Below are positions 26,519 to 34,550 of a stretch of 38,810 nucleotides of DNA, piece by piece (within the stretch, counting starts at the first letter, position 1; each line of letters starts with the position of its first letter). The notes beneath the pieces were generated by a model, which saw only the letters and a program-made list of their open reading frames with translations, ran no database searches and was not told the origin of the DNA. The position numbers and the translations under genes were made by a program. Origin of the DNA: a virus (Duplodnaviria > Caudoviricetes); the IMG/VR virus record IMGVR_UViG_3300037419_002027, positions 1 to 38,810 of that record; one strand, written 5' to 3'.

Positions 26519-28360
26519 TCATGCGGCGGCCCGGGCAATCTGTTGCTCATGTACGAAGTTCGCGCGGATCAGCGCCTCGGACACCGGCGGGCACACGCTG
26601 TTGCCGCACATGCGCACCTGGGCGGACTTCGTCAGCTGAACGCGCGGCAGCTGCAGCGGGTTGGCAGCAGCCTGTACGCCGTCGGCGAACAGCAAGGCCG
26701 GATTCGGGATCGCCTCGATGACGTAATCGGCCGGGAAGCCCTGCGCCAGGTACAGCTCGTGCGGCGCCAGCATGCGCAGGCCGATGTCGACGATCTCGTA
26801 GTCGACGCCCTGGATCGTGACCAGACCGAAGCGGTCCTTCGTCGTCACGGTGTGCAGTGGTTCCTCCAGGCGCGGATCCTGATCGGCGCCGTAGTACTTG
26901 ACCAGGAAGGCGCGGACCTCGGCGTGATGCTGTCCGCCGGCGCTGACCGTGTGCAGCGGCTCGTCGACGGGTGCCGTGCTGCTCGTGCCGCGCAGCTTCA
27001 CCAGCGTTCCGGCTACCAGGCCAAGCGCATGCGGCGCGCCCGCTGGGTTCTCCTTCGGGCCAGCCGTGATAGTCGGTACCGGATCGCCGAGGTCGCTGCC
27101 GGTCGAACCAGTGCGGAACTTCGTCAGGTGCGCGTGCACCAGGCTGTGGTGGTCGGTGCTCGTGACCGTGCCGATCGGGTCGACCAGCTCGGACCCGACG
27201 ACGCCGGTATAGTGCTTCGCGAGGAAGGCCACTCCGACTGCCGTGTCACCCTTCGCCGTGATCGTGGCTGTCGGCTCGTCTACGCCGCGCGGACGGCTGT
27301 CCCCGGCTCGGCCACCGACCCCGACCAGCGCAGCCGATACCAAACCGAAGTGCCCGCCCTTCACCTGGCCGCAGATTGTGCGCATCGGCTCGCCGGCCGC
27401 AAACACACGCTGCGTGCTGGCGTTCGCGTGCTCGTTGAGGAACGCCGTCACCAGCGCGCGCTCGCCACGGTTCGCACCGGTAACCGTGCGCATCGGCTCG
27501 TTGACCGCTTCGACGCGGTCGCTTCCCTGATGTGTGAGCGGCACGATGAACGGATTCGCGGCGTCGAAGACGTAGCGCATGATGCCCTTGGCGATACGGC
27601 GCATGGTGGCCTCGGCCAGCGGGCGCTTGCGACCGAAGATGCTCGGGCACGGTAGGGACCAGTCGATGCACTCGGCGGCCGTCCGGTGGGGCTGCAGCAG
27701 TCCGGCCAGCACGCCGCGCGAGTCCGGAGCGCCGTGCGTCGGCACCGGCCAACGGATTGGCAGGCCGTCGCGCCGCGCGACCAGGAAGAAGCGCTTCCGG
27801 ATCGTCGGCGCGCCAAAGTCGCACGCGCGCAGCTCGCGCCACTCTACGTGGTAGCCGTGCTCACGCAGCTGGCGGACAAAGCTATCAAACGTCTTGCCTC
27901 GCTTCGCCGGATCCGGGCGCGCCTTGCCGTCGGCGTCGATGATCAGCGGCCCCCACGTTTTGAACTCCTCGACGTTCTCCAGCATGATCACGCGCGGCTT
28001 GCATTTCGCGGCCCAGCGCAACGCGACCCATGCGAGGCCGCGGATGCGCTTCTCGACCGGGGCGCCGCCCTTCGCCTTGCTGAAATGCTTGCAGTCCGGC
28101 GACAGCCACACCAGCGCGACAGGCTGATTGTTCGTGACTTTGATCGGGTCGACCTCCCACACGCTTTCGCACAGGTGCTTCGTGTGCGGATGGTTCATGG
28201 CGTGCATGGCTAGTGCTTCGGGGTCGTGGTTGATCGCGATGTCAACCGGGCGGCCGAACGCAGCTTCCAAGCCGGTACTCGTGCCGCCGCCGCCAGCGAA
28301 GTTGTCGATGATCAGCTCGTGGCCCAGGTCGAGGGACAGAGTGAAGGCGTCGCGCTTCAT
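26519..28360 (-). CDS. DNA cytosine-5 methyltransferase
   Basis: DNFAGGGG, SPDC, MLENV, RKRFF, CGNSV motifs. Confidence 0.93.
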   Translation of the reverse strand: MKRDAFTLSLDLGHELIIDNFAGGGGTSTGLEAAFGRPVDIAINHDPEALAMHAMNHPHTKHLCESVWEVDPIKVTNNQPVALVWLSPDCKHFSKAKGGAPVEKRIRGLAWVALRWAAKCKPRVIMLENVEEFKTWGPLIIDADGKARPDPAKRGKTFDSFVRQLREHGYHVEWRELRACDFGAPTIRKRFFLVARRDGLPIRWPVPTHGAPDSRGVLAGLLQPHRTAAECIDWSLPCPSIFGRKRPLAEATMRRIAKGIMRYVFDAANPFIVPLTHQGSDRVEAVNEPMRTVTGANRGERALVTAFLNEHANASTQRVFAAGEPMRTICGQVKGGHFGLVSAALVGVGGRAGDSRPRGVDEPTATITAKGDTAVGVAFLAKHYTGVVGSELVDPIGTVTSTDHHSLVHAHLTKFRTGSTGSDLGDPVPTITAGPKENPAGAPHALGLVAGTLVKLRGTSSTAPVDEPLHTVSAGGQHHAEVRAFLVKYYGADQDPRLEEPLHTVTTKDRFGLVTIQGVDYEIVDIGLRMLAPHELYLAQGFPADYVIEAIPNPALLFADGVQAAANPLQLPRVQLTKSAQVRMCGNSVCPPVSEALIRANFVHEQQIARAAA

Positions 28361-28558
28361 TCAGTTTTTCTCCTGCGTGTCGTTGGCCTGTAGCTTCTTG
28401 AAGTCCGGCAGGGCGCGGCGCTGCATGTGCCGGCGCGCGACAGCCTTCAAGACAATTTCAAGGGTCGGGTTCTTGAGCGCTTCGTCGAGCGAGGCGATCA
28501 TGTGCAGCTTGCTGTGCACGTACTCGAGCGCGGCGCGGTCTGGTTCGATGGGCGTCAT
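28361..28558 (-). CDS. Hypothetical protein (early-left operon)
   Basis: GGAG RBS; abuts methyltransferase start. Confidence 0.6.
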   Translation of the reverse strand: MTPIEPDRAALEYVHSKLHMIASLDEALKNPTLEIVLKAVARRHMQRRALPDFKKLQANDTQEKN

Positions 28559-28559
28559 G

Positions 28560-28769
28560 TCAGGCTCCGTCGGCTGCCGGGCGCGTCGCTTCGATGCCGA
28601 GCACGCGGCTGAGGGCGGATTCGATCGCGGCATCGCCGTGTGCGGTCATCAGACCGCACAGGCGGGCGGCAAACATGCGTGCGCGCTCGTTGAGGTCTTC
28701 CGGGCAGTCGCGTACGGCGCCGTCGGCTGCGTGCAGCATGACGTCGCGGATAGTTTTCGCGGTGGCCAT
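28560..28769 (-). CDS. Hypothetical protein
   Basis: TGATG coupling with upstream ORF; MATAKTIRD. Confidence 0.55.
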   Translation of the reverse strand: MATAKTIRDVMLHAADGAVRDCPEDLNERARMFAARLCGLMTAHGDAAIESALSRVLGIEATRPAADGA

Positions 28770-28918
28770 CAGCGCGCTCCGGCGACGACGGTGATGCCGC
28801 ACGGTTGGTCTCCCAGCAGCTGCGCCGTCAGCATTGCGGCTTCGCTGCTCGAGCGGGCCAGGGCGCTGAACGTCAGGCACGTGGTGGCCGTGCGCGCCGT
28901 GATCAGGTAGGGGCGCAT
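28769..28918 (-). CDS. Hypothetical 49-aa protein (not in ORF track)
   Basis: MRPYLITARTATTCLTFSALARSS..; GGAG RBS; stop coupled to next gene. Confidence 0.55.
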   Translation of the reverse strand: MRPYLITARTATTCLTFSALARSSSEAAMLTAQLLGDQPCGITVVAGAR

Positions 28919-28920
28919 AG

Positions 28921-29070
28921 TTAGACGCTCCCCAGTTGGAACAGAACGATTCCGATGATGATCACGGCCGCGAGTGCCGTAATGCCGTCGACGATCAGAT
29001 CGTGCTGGGTGTAGCGGGTGGAGGCGAGCAGCTTCGCGTGCTCTGCGTCGTGCGTTGGGTGGGCTTCCAT
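28921..29070 (-). CDS. Small membrane protein, first gene of PL operon
   Basis: AGGAG RBS; 49 aa with C-terminal TM helix. Confidence 0.6.
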   Translation of the reverse strand: MEAHPTHDAEHAKLLASTRYTQHDLIVDGITALAAVIIIGIVLFQLGSV

Positions 29071-29103
29071 CGTGTTCTCCTGAGAACTGTGTCGATGGAA
29101 TGA

Positions 29104-29145
29104 ACTATACACGAATGAATAAACAATGCAATACGTGAATGGATA
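29104..29145 (-). promoter_or_regulatory. PL promoter with operators OL1/OL2
   Basis: TTGCAT-16-TATAGT; 16-bp boxes at 29106-29121 and 29130-29145 resemble the OR boxes. Confidence 0.72.
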
Positions 29146-29186
29146 ATTGCGCGATGTAGTGGTCTTACGATTCCGCGTTTAGAAAG

Positions 29187-29210
29187 AAAAAGGCCCGCAC
29201 GTGGCGGGCC
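29187..29210 (-). terminator. Terminator of cI/immunity transcript
   Basis: GGCCCGC stem with T5 on minus strand. Confidence 0.7.
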
Positions 29211-29233
29211 GGTAAGGGGGAAGTGTGAAGCGC

Positions 29234-29722
29234 CTAGAGAGCCTTGACCACTGATTTCATGTCGTAGAGGTCTTTATCTGCACAGTTCTGGTCCCATGGC
29301 TCGGCTTCGCGGTGCATCGCTCCTCTTACGAACGAGACTTTTTCAAGGTTGACGCCACCAAACCCGTTCCGTGCTCTGTAGATGATGCACACTACGCTCG
29401 CGTCATCGTTTGCGCGGATAGCCTCCCATTTCGCAGAGTCCGGTTCTCGCAAAGACGATTTGATCGCGGCGACTACACCAGCTGTCGTGTTGAATCGTGC
29501 GCGTGCAGCAGCCTTCTCAGCTTTTTGCTGGGGTGTTTCAGGCGGGATGCTCGCCTCTCGTTTCGGGCTGAAAACGGCTATCGCAACCACGGCCGCGAAC
29601 ACGGTGGCCCATATCTTAGTAGAGGCAGTGGTTTTCGGCTTCGGCTTCGCGCCGCAGTGCGGGCAAGCCCCTGCTTGATCGCTGACTTGGCCGCCGCATT
29701 CGTGGCATTTGATAAGAGCCAT
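29234..29722 (-). CDS. Zinc-ribbon membrane protein (immunity region)
   Basis: CHEC..CPHCG, one TM helix, YRARNGFGG domain. Confidence 0.75.
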   Translation of the reverse strand: MALIKCHECGGQVSDQAGACPHCGAKPKPKTTASTKIWATVFAAVVAIAVFSPKREASIPPETPQQKAEKAAARARFNTTAGVVAAIKSSLREPDSAKWEAIRANDDASVVCIIYRARNGFGGVNLEKVSFVRGAMHREAEPWDQNCADKDLYDMKSVVKAL

Positions 29723-29844
29723 CAGATTCTCCTGCCGGCATCACTGCGTGCCGTCTCGCACGCGCGATTATATCCCGACGGGAATACTCGATTCTCTCGA
29801 ATTATTTCATCGGCGAAATAAAAGCCGCTGAGCCACACGAGACG

Positions 29845-30132
29845 TTAGAAGGGCAATTCCTCTTCGATCGCGGCCGGCTGGTCTAGGTCGACTTCTTTGA
29901 TCTGCAATTCCTCAAGCTGGATCAGGGCCAGCAACAGATGAGTTTGGAAAGGAGCGTATGCTCGAAAGCCGTTTTTCTCGACCGAGATCAGCATGATTGG
30001 CGAGGTCTTGAAGTGGGGACGCAGACGATAGAGCAGATCGTCTCCCGGACCGGCCTGGGTGAATTGTGAATCGACGATCACAACAATGATAGTCGAGCCG
30101 TACGGCTCGATTTCGGCGTACGGGAGCCTCAT
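29845..30132 (-). CDS. Hypothetical protein coupled to cI
   Basis: TGATG overlap with cI stop; acidic tail EEELPF. Confidence 0.65.
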   Translation of the reverse strand: MRLPYAEIEPYGSTIIVVIVDSQFTQAGPGDDLLYRLRPHFKTSPIMLISVEKNGFRAYAPFQTHLLLALIQLEELQIKEVDLDQPAAIEEELPF

Positions 30133-30836
30133 CAGATAAAGTCGACCTGTAAGCGCACGACCCGACCGATGATCTCAGTTTCCTCATCAGCGCGCCTCCG
30201 GCTATATTCCGGCAGCCGGTTATCTGATGCTAAATACCAAAGTCCGCTTTCGCGCTCCAACCGCTTCACGACTGGTTTTTGGTTGTGGTTAACCGCAAAC
30301 AGGTCCCCATCGACTGGGGCGCGGTCGGCCGTGTTGACGATCACGACGTTCCCTTCGCGCATAGTAGGGTACATGCTCTCGCCCTTGACCTTCAGGGCTA
30401 CCAGTTTGCTGGGGTTTAGTCGCTTCGCCAACACCCAATCCATCGGCAGACTTAGGACGATGCCATCGTCATATTCGAAATCCCCATCGGTCCCGTCAAT
30501 ACCGGCATGGATCACACGTTTCAGCATCCGAACCCCTACGAATTTCCCGCTTTCCTGATCGTCTACCGATACCTTCATTGTCTCGGCAGCTGGCTGATCA
30601 GCTTCCGCCCGTGGCTCCCGCTGCATCGGGCCAATTCCCTCGAACAGCCATTGGAACGACACATTGCACGCCTCAGCCAGGCGAACGATGGTGTGAGCTT
30701 CTGGCCCTTTTTTCCCCACGCCCTTCAGGATGCGGTTGATAGTTGGTTGCGGGACATCGGACAGACGAGCAAGTGCATTCTGCGATGGGATACCCGCCGC
30801 TTTCATCGCTTGGTCAAGTCTGCTGGCAATAGTCAT
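30132..30836 (-). CDS. cI: CI-like repressor (HTH + S24 peptidase)
   Basis: SQNALARLSDVPQPTINRI HTH; AG cleavage site (IHAG); GESMYP Ser and VKRL Lys. Confidence 0.95.
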   Translation of the reverse strand: MTIASRLDQAMKAAGIPSQNALARLSDVPQPTINRILKGVGKKGPEAHTIVRLAEACNVSFQWLFEGIGPMQREPRAEADQPAAETMKVSVDDQESGKFVGVRMLKRVIHAGIDGTDGDFEYDDGIVLSLPMDWVLAKRLNPSKLVALKVKGESMYPTMREGNVVIVNTADRAPVDGDLFAVNHNQKPVVKRLERESGLWYLASDNRLPEYSRRRADEETEIIGRVVRLQVDFI

Positions 30837-30842
30837 CCGTAG

Positions 30843-30920
30843 ACTATACGCGCGCGTATAAGGAAGGGGCAAGTCTCTATTCATTTAAGTATTGCGCATC
30901 TATCCATTCGTGTATAGACT
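30843..30920. promoter_or_regulatory. PRM/PR with three operators
   Basis: PR TTGCGC-17-TAGACT (30892-30920); PRM TTGCCC-18-TATAGT (minus); boxes at 30845-30860, 30878-30893, 30901-30916. Confidence 0.75.
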
Positions 30921-30926
30921 GTTCGC

Positions 30927-31154
30927 ATGGACAAAGACATTTCGACCCTTCTCAGGGAAATCAAGGCGGCTACAGGGTGGAGTGAGACACGAATTGCGTC
31001 TGAACTGGACACCTCTCAGCCAACGGTTAACCGAATCCTCAAAGGACAGCCACAGTGCCTAAGCAGCACGCTGGCGGCGATAACCCGGCTGCACAAAAAG
31101 CATTGCCGCAGTCACCCCAAGCGAAGTCGGGCTGACCTGAACTCTACTTCCTAA
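30927..31154 (+). CDS. cro: Cro-like HTH regulator
   Basis: Divergent from cI; SQPTVNRILKG nearly matches the CI recognition helix. Confidence 0.88.
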   Translation: MDKDISTLLREIKAATGWSETRIASELDTSQPTVNRILKGQPQCLSSTLAAITRLHKKHCRSHPKRSRADLNSTS

Positions 31155-31242
31155 GAGCCCCGCCACTGTCGTTTCGATATTGGCATGTCCAAATTATTGC
31201 CCAAGACACATTTCTACGCTTCATTATTTTTCAGGTTTTCAC

Positions 31243-31683
31243 ATGAACTACAAAGACGCCTTCCACAAGACCGTGCACTCCTACCCGGGCGGCGTAGAGG
31301 CGCTGGCGCAGCGCATGGGCTATACCACTGGCCTGCTGCGCAACAAGGCAAATCCCAACTCGACGACCAACGTGCTGACGATGGACGACGCGTCACGTGT
31401 CATGGATTTTACGAGCGACTATTCGGTACTGCATGCACTGGCCGAGCAGCACGGGTTTACGCTGACGAAGGTCGAGGAACAGGCTCCATCGGAGCTGAGC
31501 GTGTTCGAATCGATGACGGGCATCCTCGCCCAGTTCGGCGAGTTCAGTCAGGAAGTGCACCAGGCGTTCGCAGACGGCCGACTGGAGCCGCGTGAGCTGA
31601 AGGACATCGAGGCTGCGATGTTTTCGGTTTTCCGGCTCTTCATGCAATTCCGCGCGCGGCTGGATGGGATGGCCGAAAAATGA
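31243..31683 (+). CDS. cII: Phage regulatory CII-family protein
   Basis: YPGGVEALAQRMG..LRNKANP..ADGRLE..E pattern; after cro. Confidence 0.8.
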   Translation: MNYKDAFHKTVHSYPGGVEALAQRMGYTTGLLRNKANPNSTTNVLTMDDASRVMDFTSDYSVLHALAEQHGFTLTKVEEQAPSELSVFESMTGILAQFGEFSQEVHQAFADGRLEPRELKDIEAAMFSVFRLFMQFRARLDGMAEK

Positions 31684-32096
31684 CGCGCTTTCGCCCCCGC
31701 GAGACCTATGCGCAGCTTCAGGCGCAAATCGAAAAATCCTTGACGCCGGATGGGGCCACAGTGCGCGACTTGAGCGCAGCCCTTGGCGTCGGCCAGTCCG
31801 TGGTCCGCCACCGCCTGCTCGAGCTGGAAGAGGCCGGTCGCGCTCATCATGTTCCGTTGGACGAGCTGGGCCGGCCGGGCGCGGCCCACGTCTGGGTGCC
31901 TGGTCCTTCGCCACGTAACACGCAAGAGGAGCGGCAGCGCATCCAGGCGGCACGCCGCGAGCGCACCACCCGCCTGATGCCCAGACCGATATCAGCGCCG
32001 CACCAGGTCACGTACAGCACCTATCCGGCCAACGACAACCGCGACCCGCTCGTGGCTGCATTGTTCGGCGCCGGCCCGGGAAGGAGAGCGTCGTGA
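31680..32096 (+). CDS. Winged-HTH hypothetical protein
   Basis: TVRDLSAALGVGQSVVRHRL. Confidence 0.65.
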   Translation: MTRFRPRETYAQLQAQIEKSLTPDGATVRDLSAALGVGQSVVRHRLLELEEAGRAHHVPLDELGRPGAAHVWVPGPSPRNTQEERQRIQAARRERTTRLMPRPISAPHQVTYSTYPANDNRDPLVAALFGAGPGRRAS

Positions 32097-32374
32097 GCCT
32101 CGCCAGCCTGGGCCCGATGTGGGAGGGCCACAACGCCAAGCCGATCGACCCGGCCGCCACGCGCTTCAAGGCCGCGCCGGCGCTCGTGCGCGATGAGTGC
32201 GACGGCTGCGTGTTCTGCGGCCAGCGCGCGGCCGTGTGCCGCCAGGTTGAAGCGATCGCCGCCGCCAACAACATCATCGACTGCGAAGGCCGCCTTGCCG
32301 ACGGCAGTTCGGTCATCTACGTCGTCGACAAGAGCGATCCCCGCCAGATGGATCTGCTGCAAGGAGTGAAGTAA
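32093..32374 (+). CDS. Hypothetical Cys-containing protein
   Basis: CDGCVFC; coupled at both ends. Confidence 0.6.
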   Translation: MSLASLGPMWEGHNAKPIDPAATRFKAAPALVRDECDGCVFCGQRAAVCRQVEAIAAANNIIDCEGRLADGSSVIYVVDKSDPRQMDLLQGVK

Positions 32375-33147
32375 TGGCAAATCCCTGGTTCCGCATGTAC
32401 GCGGAGTTTGCGCACGACCCGAAGGTGCAGATGATGCCCGAGTCAATGCAGCGCCGGTACATCATGCTCATGTGTATGCGTTGCAGTAACGCCCTCGTAA
32501 CGTTACACGATGAAGAAATCGCGTTTCATCTTCGTATCAACTCGGCAGAACTGGCCGAAACGAAGGCGCTTTTCGTCGCAAAAGGCTTCATCGACGAGGC
32601 CTGGAATCTGCTGAACTGGGAAAAGCGCCAGTTCGCGTCGGACAGCAGCGCCCAGAGGGTGGCGAAGCATCGTGCGGCCAAGAAAGCGGCGGCAAAAGAG
32701 GCGAGTAACGACGATGAAACGTTACAGCAACGGGAAAGTAACGCCCTAGATACAGATACAGATACAGAAGAAGAACTACATACGCCGCCTGACGGCGCCG
32801 GCGATATGCAGCGCTGCCCGGTGGGCACGTTGGTGAACCTGTACCACGAGCTGATGCCGAACAACCCCCGGCTGCGCGTCCTCAACGACACCCGCAAGCG
32901 CCTGATCCGTGCGCGCTGGAAGGAAGCGGCTGCCCTCGATTGCGAGCCATTCGGCTACACGACGCGCGCTGCCGGCATCGAAGCATGGCGGACCTTCTTC
33001 GTCGTCTGCGCTGAATCGAAATTTCTCACGGGCCGCACGCCATCCGTCGGTGGCAAGCCCCCGTTCATGGCCGACATCGACTTCCTCTTCTCCGCGAGCG
33101 GATTCGCGAAGACCCTCGAAAACAAGTACCACCGGGATGCAGCATGA
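32374..33147 (+). CDS. Replication initiator (O-like)
   Basis: WFRMY.E..DPK, NWEKRQ, RVAKHR, DTDTD; precedes helicase. Confidence 0.82.
   Translation: MANPWFRMYAEFAHDPKVQMMPESMQRRYIMLMCMRCSNALVTLHDEEIAFHLRINSAELAETKALFVAKGFIDEAWNLLNWEKRQFASDSSAQRVAKHRAAKKAAAKEASNDDETLQQRESNALDTDTDTEEELHTPPDGAGDMQRCPVGTLVNLYHELMPNNPRLRVLNDTRKRLIRARWKEAAALDCEPFGYTTRAAGIEAWRTFFVVCAESKFLTGRTPSVGGKPPFMADIDFLFSASGFAKTLENKYHRDAA
32704..32775. other. Putative replication origin (iteron-like) within rep
   Basis: Clustered GTAACG/CGTTAC motifs and AGATAC x3; AGTAACGCCCT also near 32485. Confidence 0.45.
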
Positions 33148-34550
33148 CTGACCTGACACACGATGACCATTCCGTATCGATCCGCGCCGAACAGCACGTC
33201 CTGGGCGCGCTCCTCGTCGACAACGACGCCCTCGACCGCATCGGCGACCTGGACGGCGCCCACTTCTACCGCCACGACCATCGACTGGTCTTCGACGAGA
33301 TCCGGCGCCAGGTGATGGCCGGGCAGCGTAGCGACCCGATGACCCTGATGTCGGCGCTGCAGGGCAAGGTCGAGAACTGCCTGCAGTACCTCGGCAAGCT
33401 GCGCGCGTCTGCCGTCAGCGCGGTGAACATTCGCCGGCATGCCGAAATCATCATCGACAAGGCTGCGAAACGCGCGCTGCATGCCTTGAGCATCGAGATG
33501 GGCGAGTTGGCCGCGTCGCCAGCGCCGGCGAACGTGTGCGTTGACCTGGTCGCGTCGAAGCTGGAAGGCCTCGCGCAGACCCGTGCCGTGCAGGAGCCGG
33601 AGCGCCTAAGCGAGATGATGACCGATTACGCGGACCTGCTCGAGCAGCGCATGAGTGGAATCCTCCGCCCGGTGCAGACTGGATATCGCGACCTCGACGA
33701 GCAGCTGGACGGCGGCCTGGAGCGCGGCACCTTGACCGTCGCCGCCGGTCGGCCCGGCATGGGCAAGACGGCCTTTGGCCTGGGCATCTCGCGCAACGTC
33801 GCGGTCGACGGCGTGGCTTTGTTCTATTCGATGGAGATGTCGCGGATGCAGGTCATGGACCGCAACGTGTCCGCGCTCGGCCGCATCCCGCTCGCGTGGC
33901 TGCGCAAGCCCGGCGACAGCCAGGCCACCAACAGCGCGGACCATCAGTACTGGGACGCGATCAGCCATGCATTCCGTAAGGCGCAGGAGATGAACCTCGT
34001 GATCGATGCCCAGCCGGGCCTCAACACGCTCGAGATACGGGCGAAGGCGCGCAAGACGAAGCGGCAGATGGGCGCGCTCGACCTGATCGTGATCGACCAG
34101 CTCAGCTTCATCACCGGCGGCCAGTCCGAGAAATCGTACGAGGTCGTGGGCGAGCACACGCGCGCGTTGGTCGCGCTGGCCAAGGAACTCGACTGCGCCG
34201 TGATCCTGCTGTGCCAGTTGAACCGCGAGTGTGAGAAGCGCCCGAACAAGCGCCCGATCATGGCCGACCTTGCGCTGTCCGGCAGCATCGAGCAGGACGC
34301 AGCGAACATCCTGTTCCTGTACCGGGACGAGGTGTACAACGACGACACGCCGGACAAGGGCATCTGCGAGGTGAACTGCGAAAAGCTGCGGCAGGGCCGG
34401 CCGGGTGTCGTCGGCCTGCAGTACATCGGCGCGCAGACTCGATTCGAGGACGTGACCGAACGCTGGTATCCGCAGCGTGCCGCGCCGGCGGGCCCGGCGC
34501 CGCGGGTGGGCGGGTTCGGCGCCGCCCGCCGCGCGGGAGCTCCAGCGTGA
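33144..34550 (+). CDS. dnaB: DnaB-like replicative helicase
   Basis: AGRPGMGKT, SMEM, VIDQL, QLNR, SGSIEQDA motifs. Confidence 0.95.
   Translation: MTDLTHDDHSVSIRAEQHVLGALLVDNDALDRIGDLDGAHFYRHDHRLVFDEIRRQVMAGQRSDPMTLMSALQGKVENCLQYLGKLRASAVSAVNIRRHAEIIIDKAAKRALHALSIEMGELAASPAPANVCVDLVASKLEGLAQTRAVQEPERLSEMMTDYADLLEQRMSGILRPVQTGYRDLDEQLDGGLERGTLTVAAGRPGMGKTAFGLGISRNVAVDGVALFYSMEMSRMQVMDRNVSALGRIPLAWLRKPGDSQATNSADHQYWDAISHAFRKAQEMNLVIDAQPGLNTLEIRAKARKTKRQMGALDLIVIDQLSFITGGQSEKSYEVVGEHTRALVALAKELDCAVILLCQLNRECEKRPNKRPIMADLALSGSIEQDAANILFLYRDEVYNDDTPDKGICEVNCEKLRQGRPGVVGLQYIGAQTRFEDVTERWYPQRAAPAGPAPRVGGFGAARRAGAPA

Noticed and set aside
32748-32768. AGATAC tandem repeat as a phase-variable tract
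   Set aside because: In-frame hexamer encoding DTDTD, a usual linker in this initiator type
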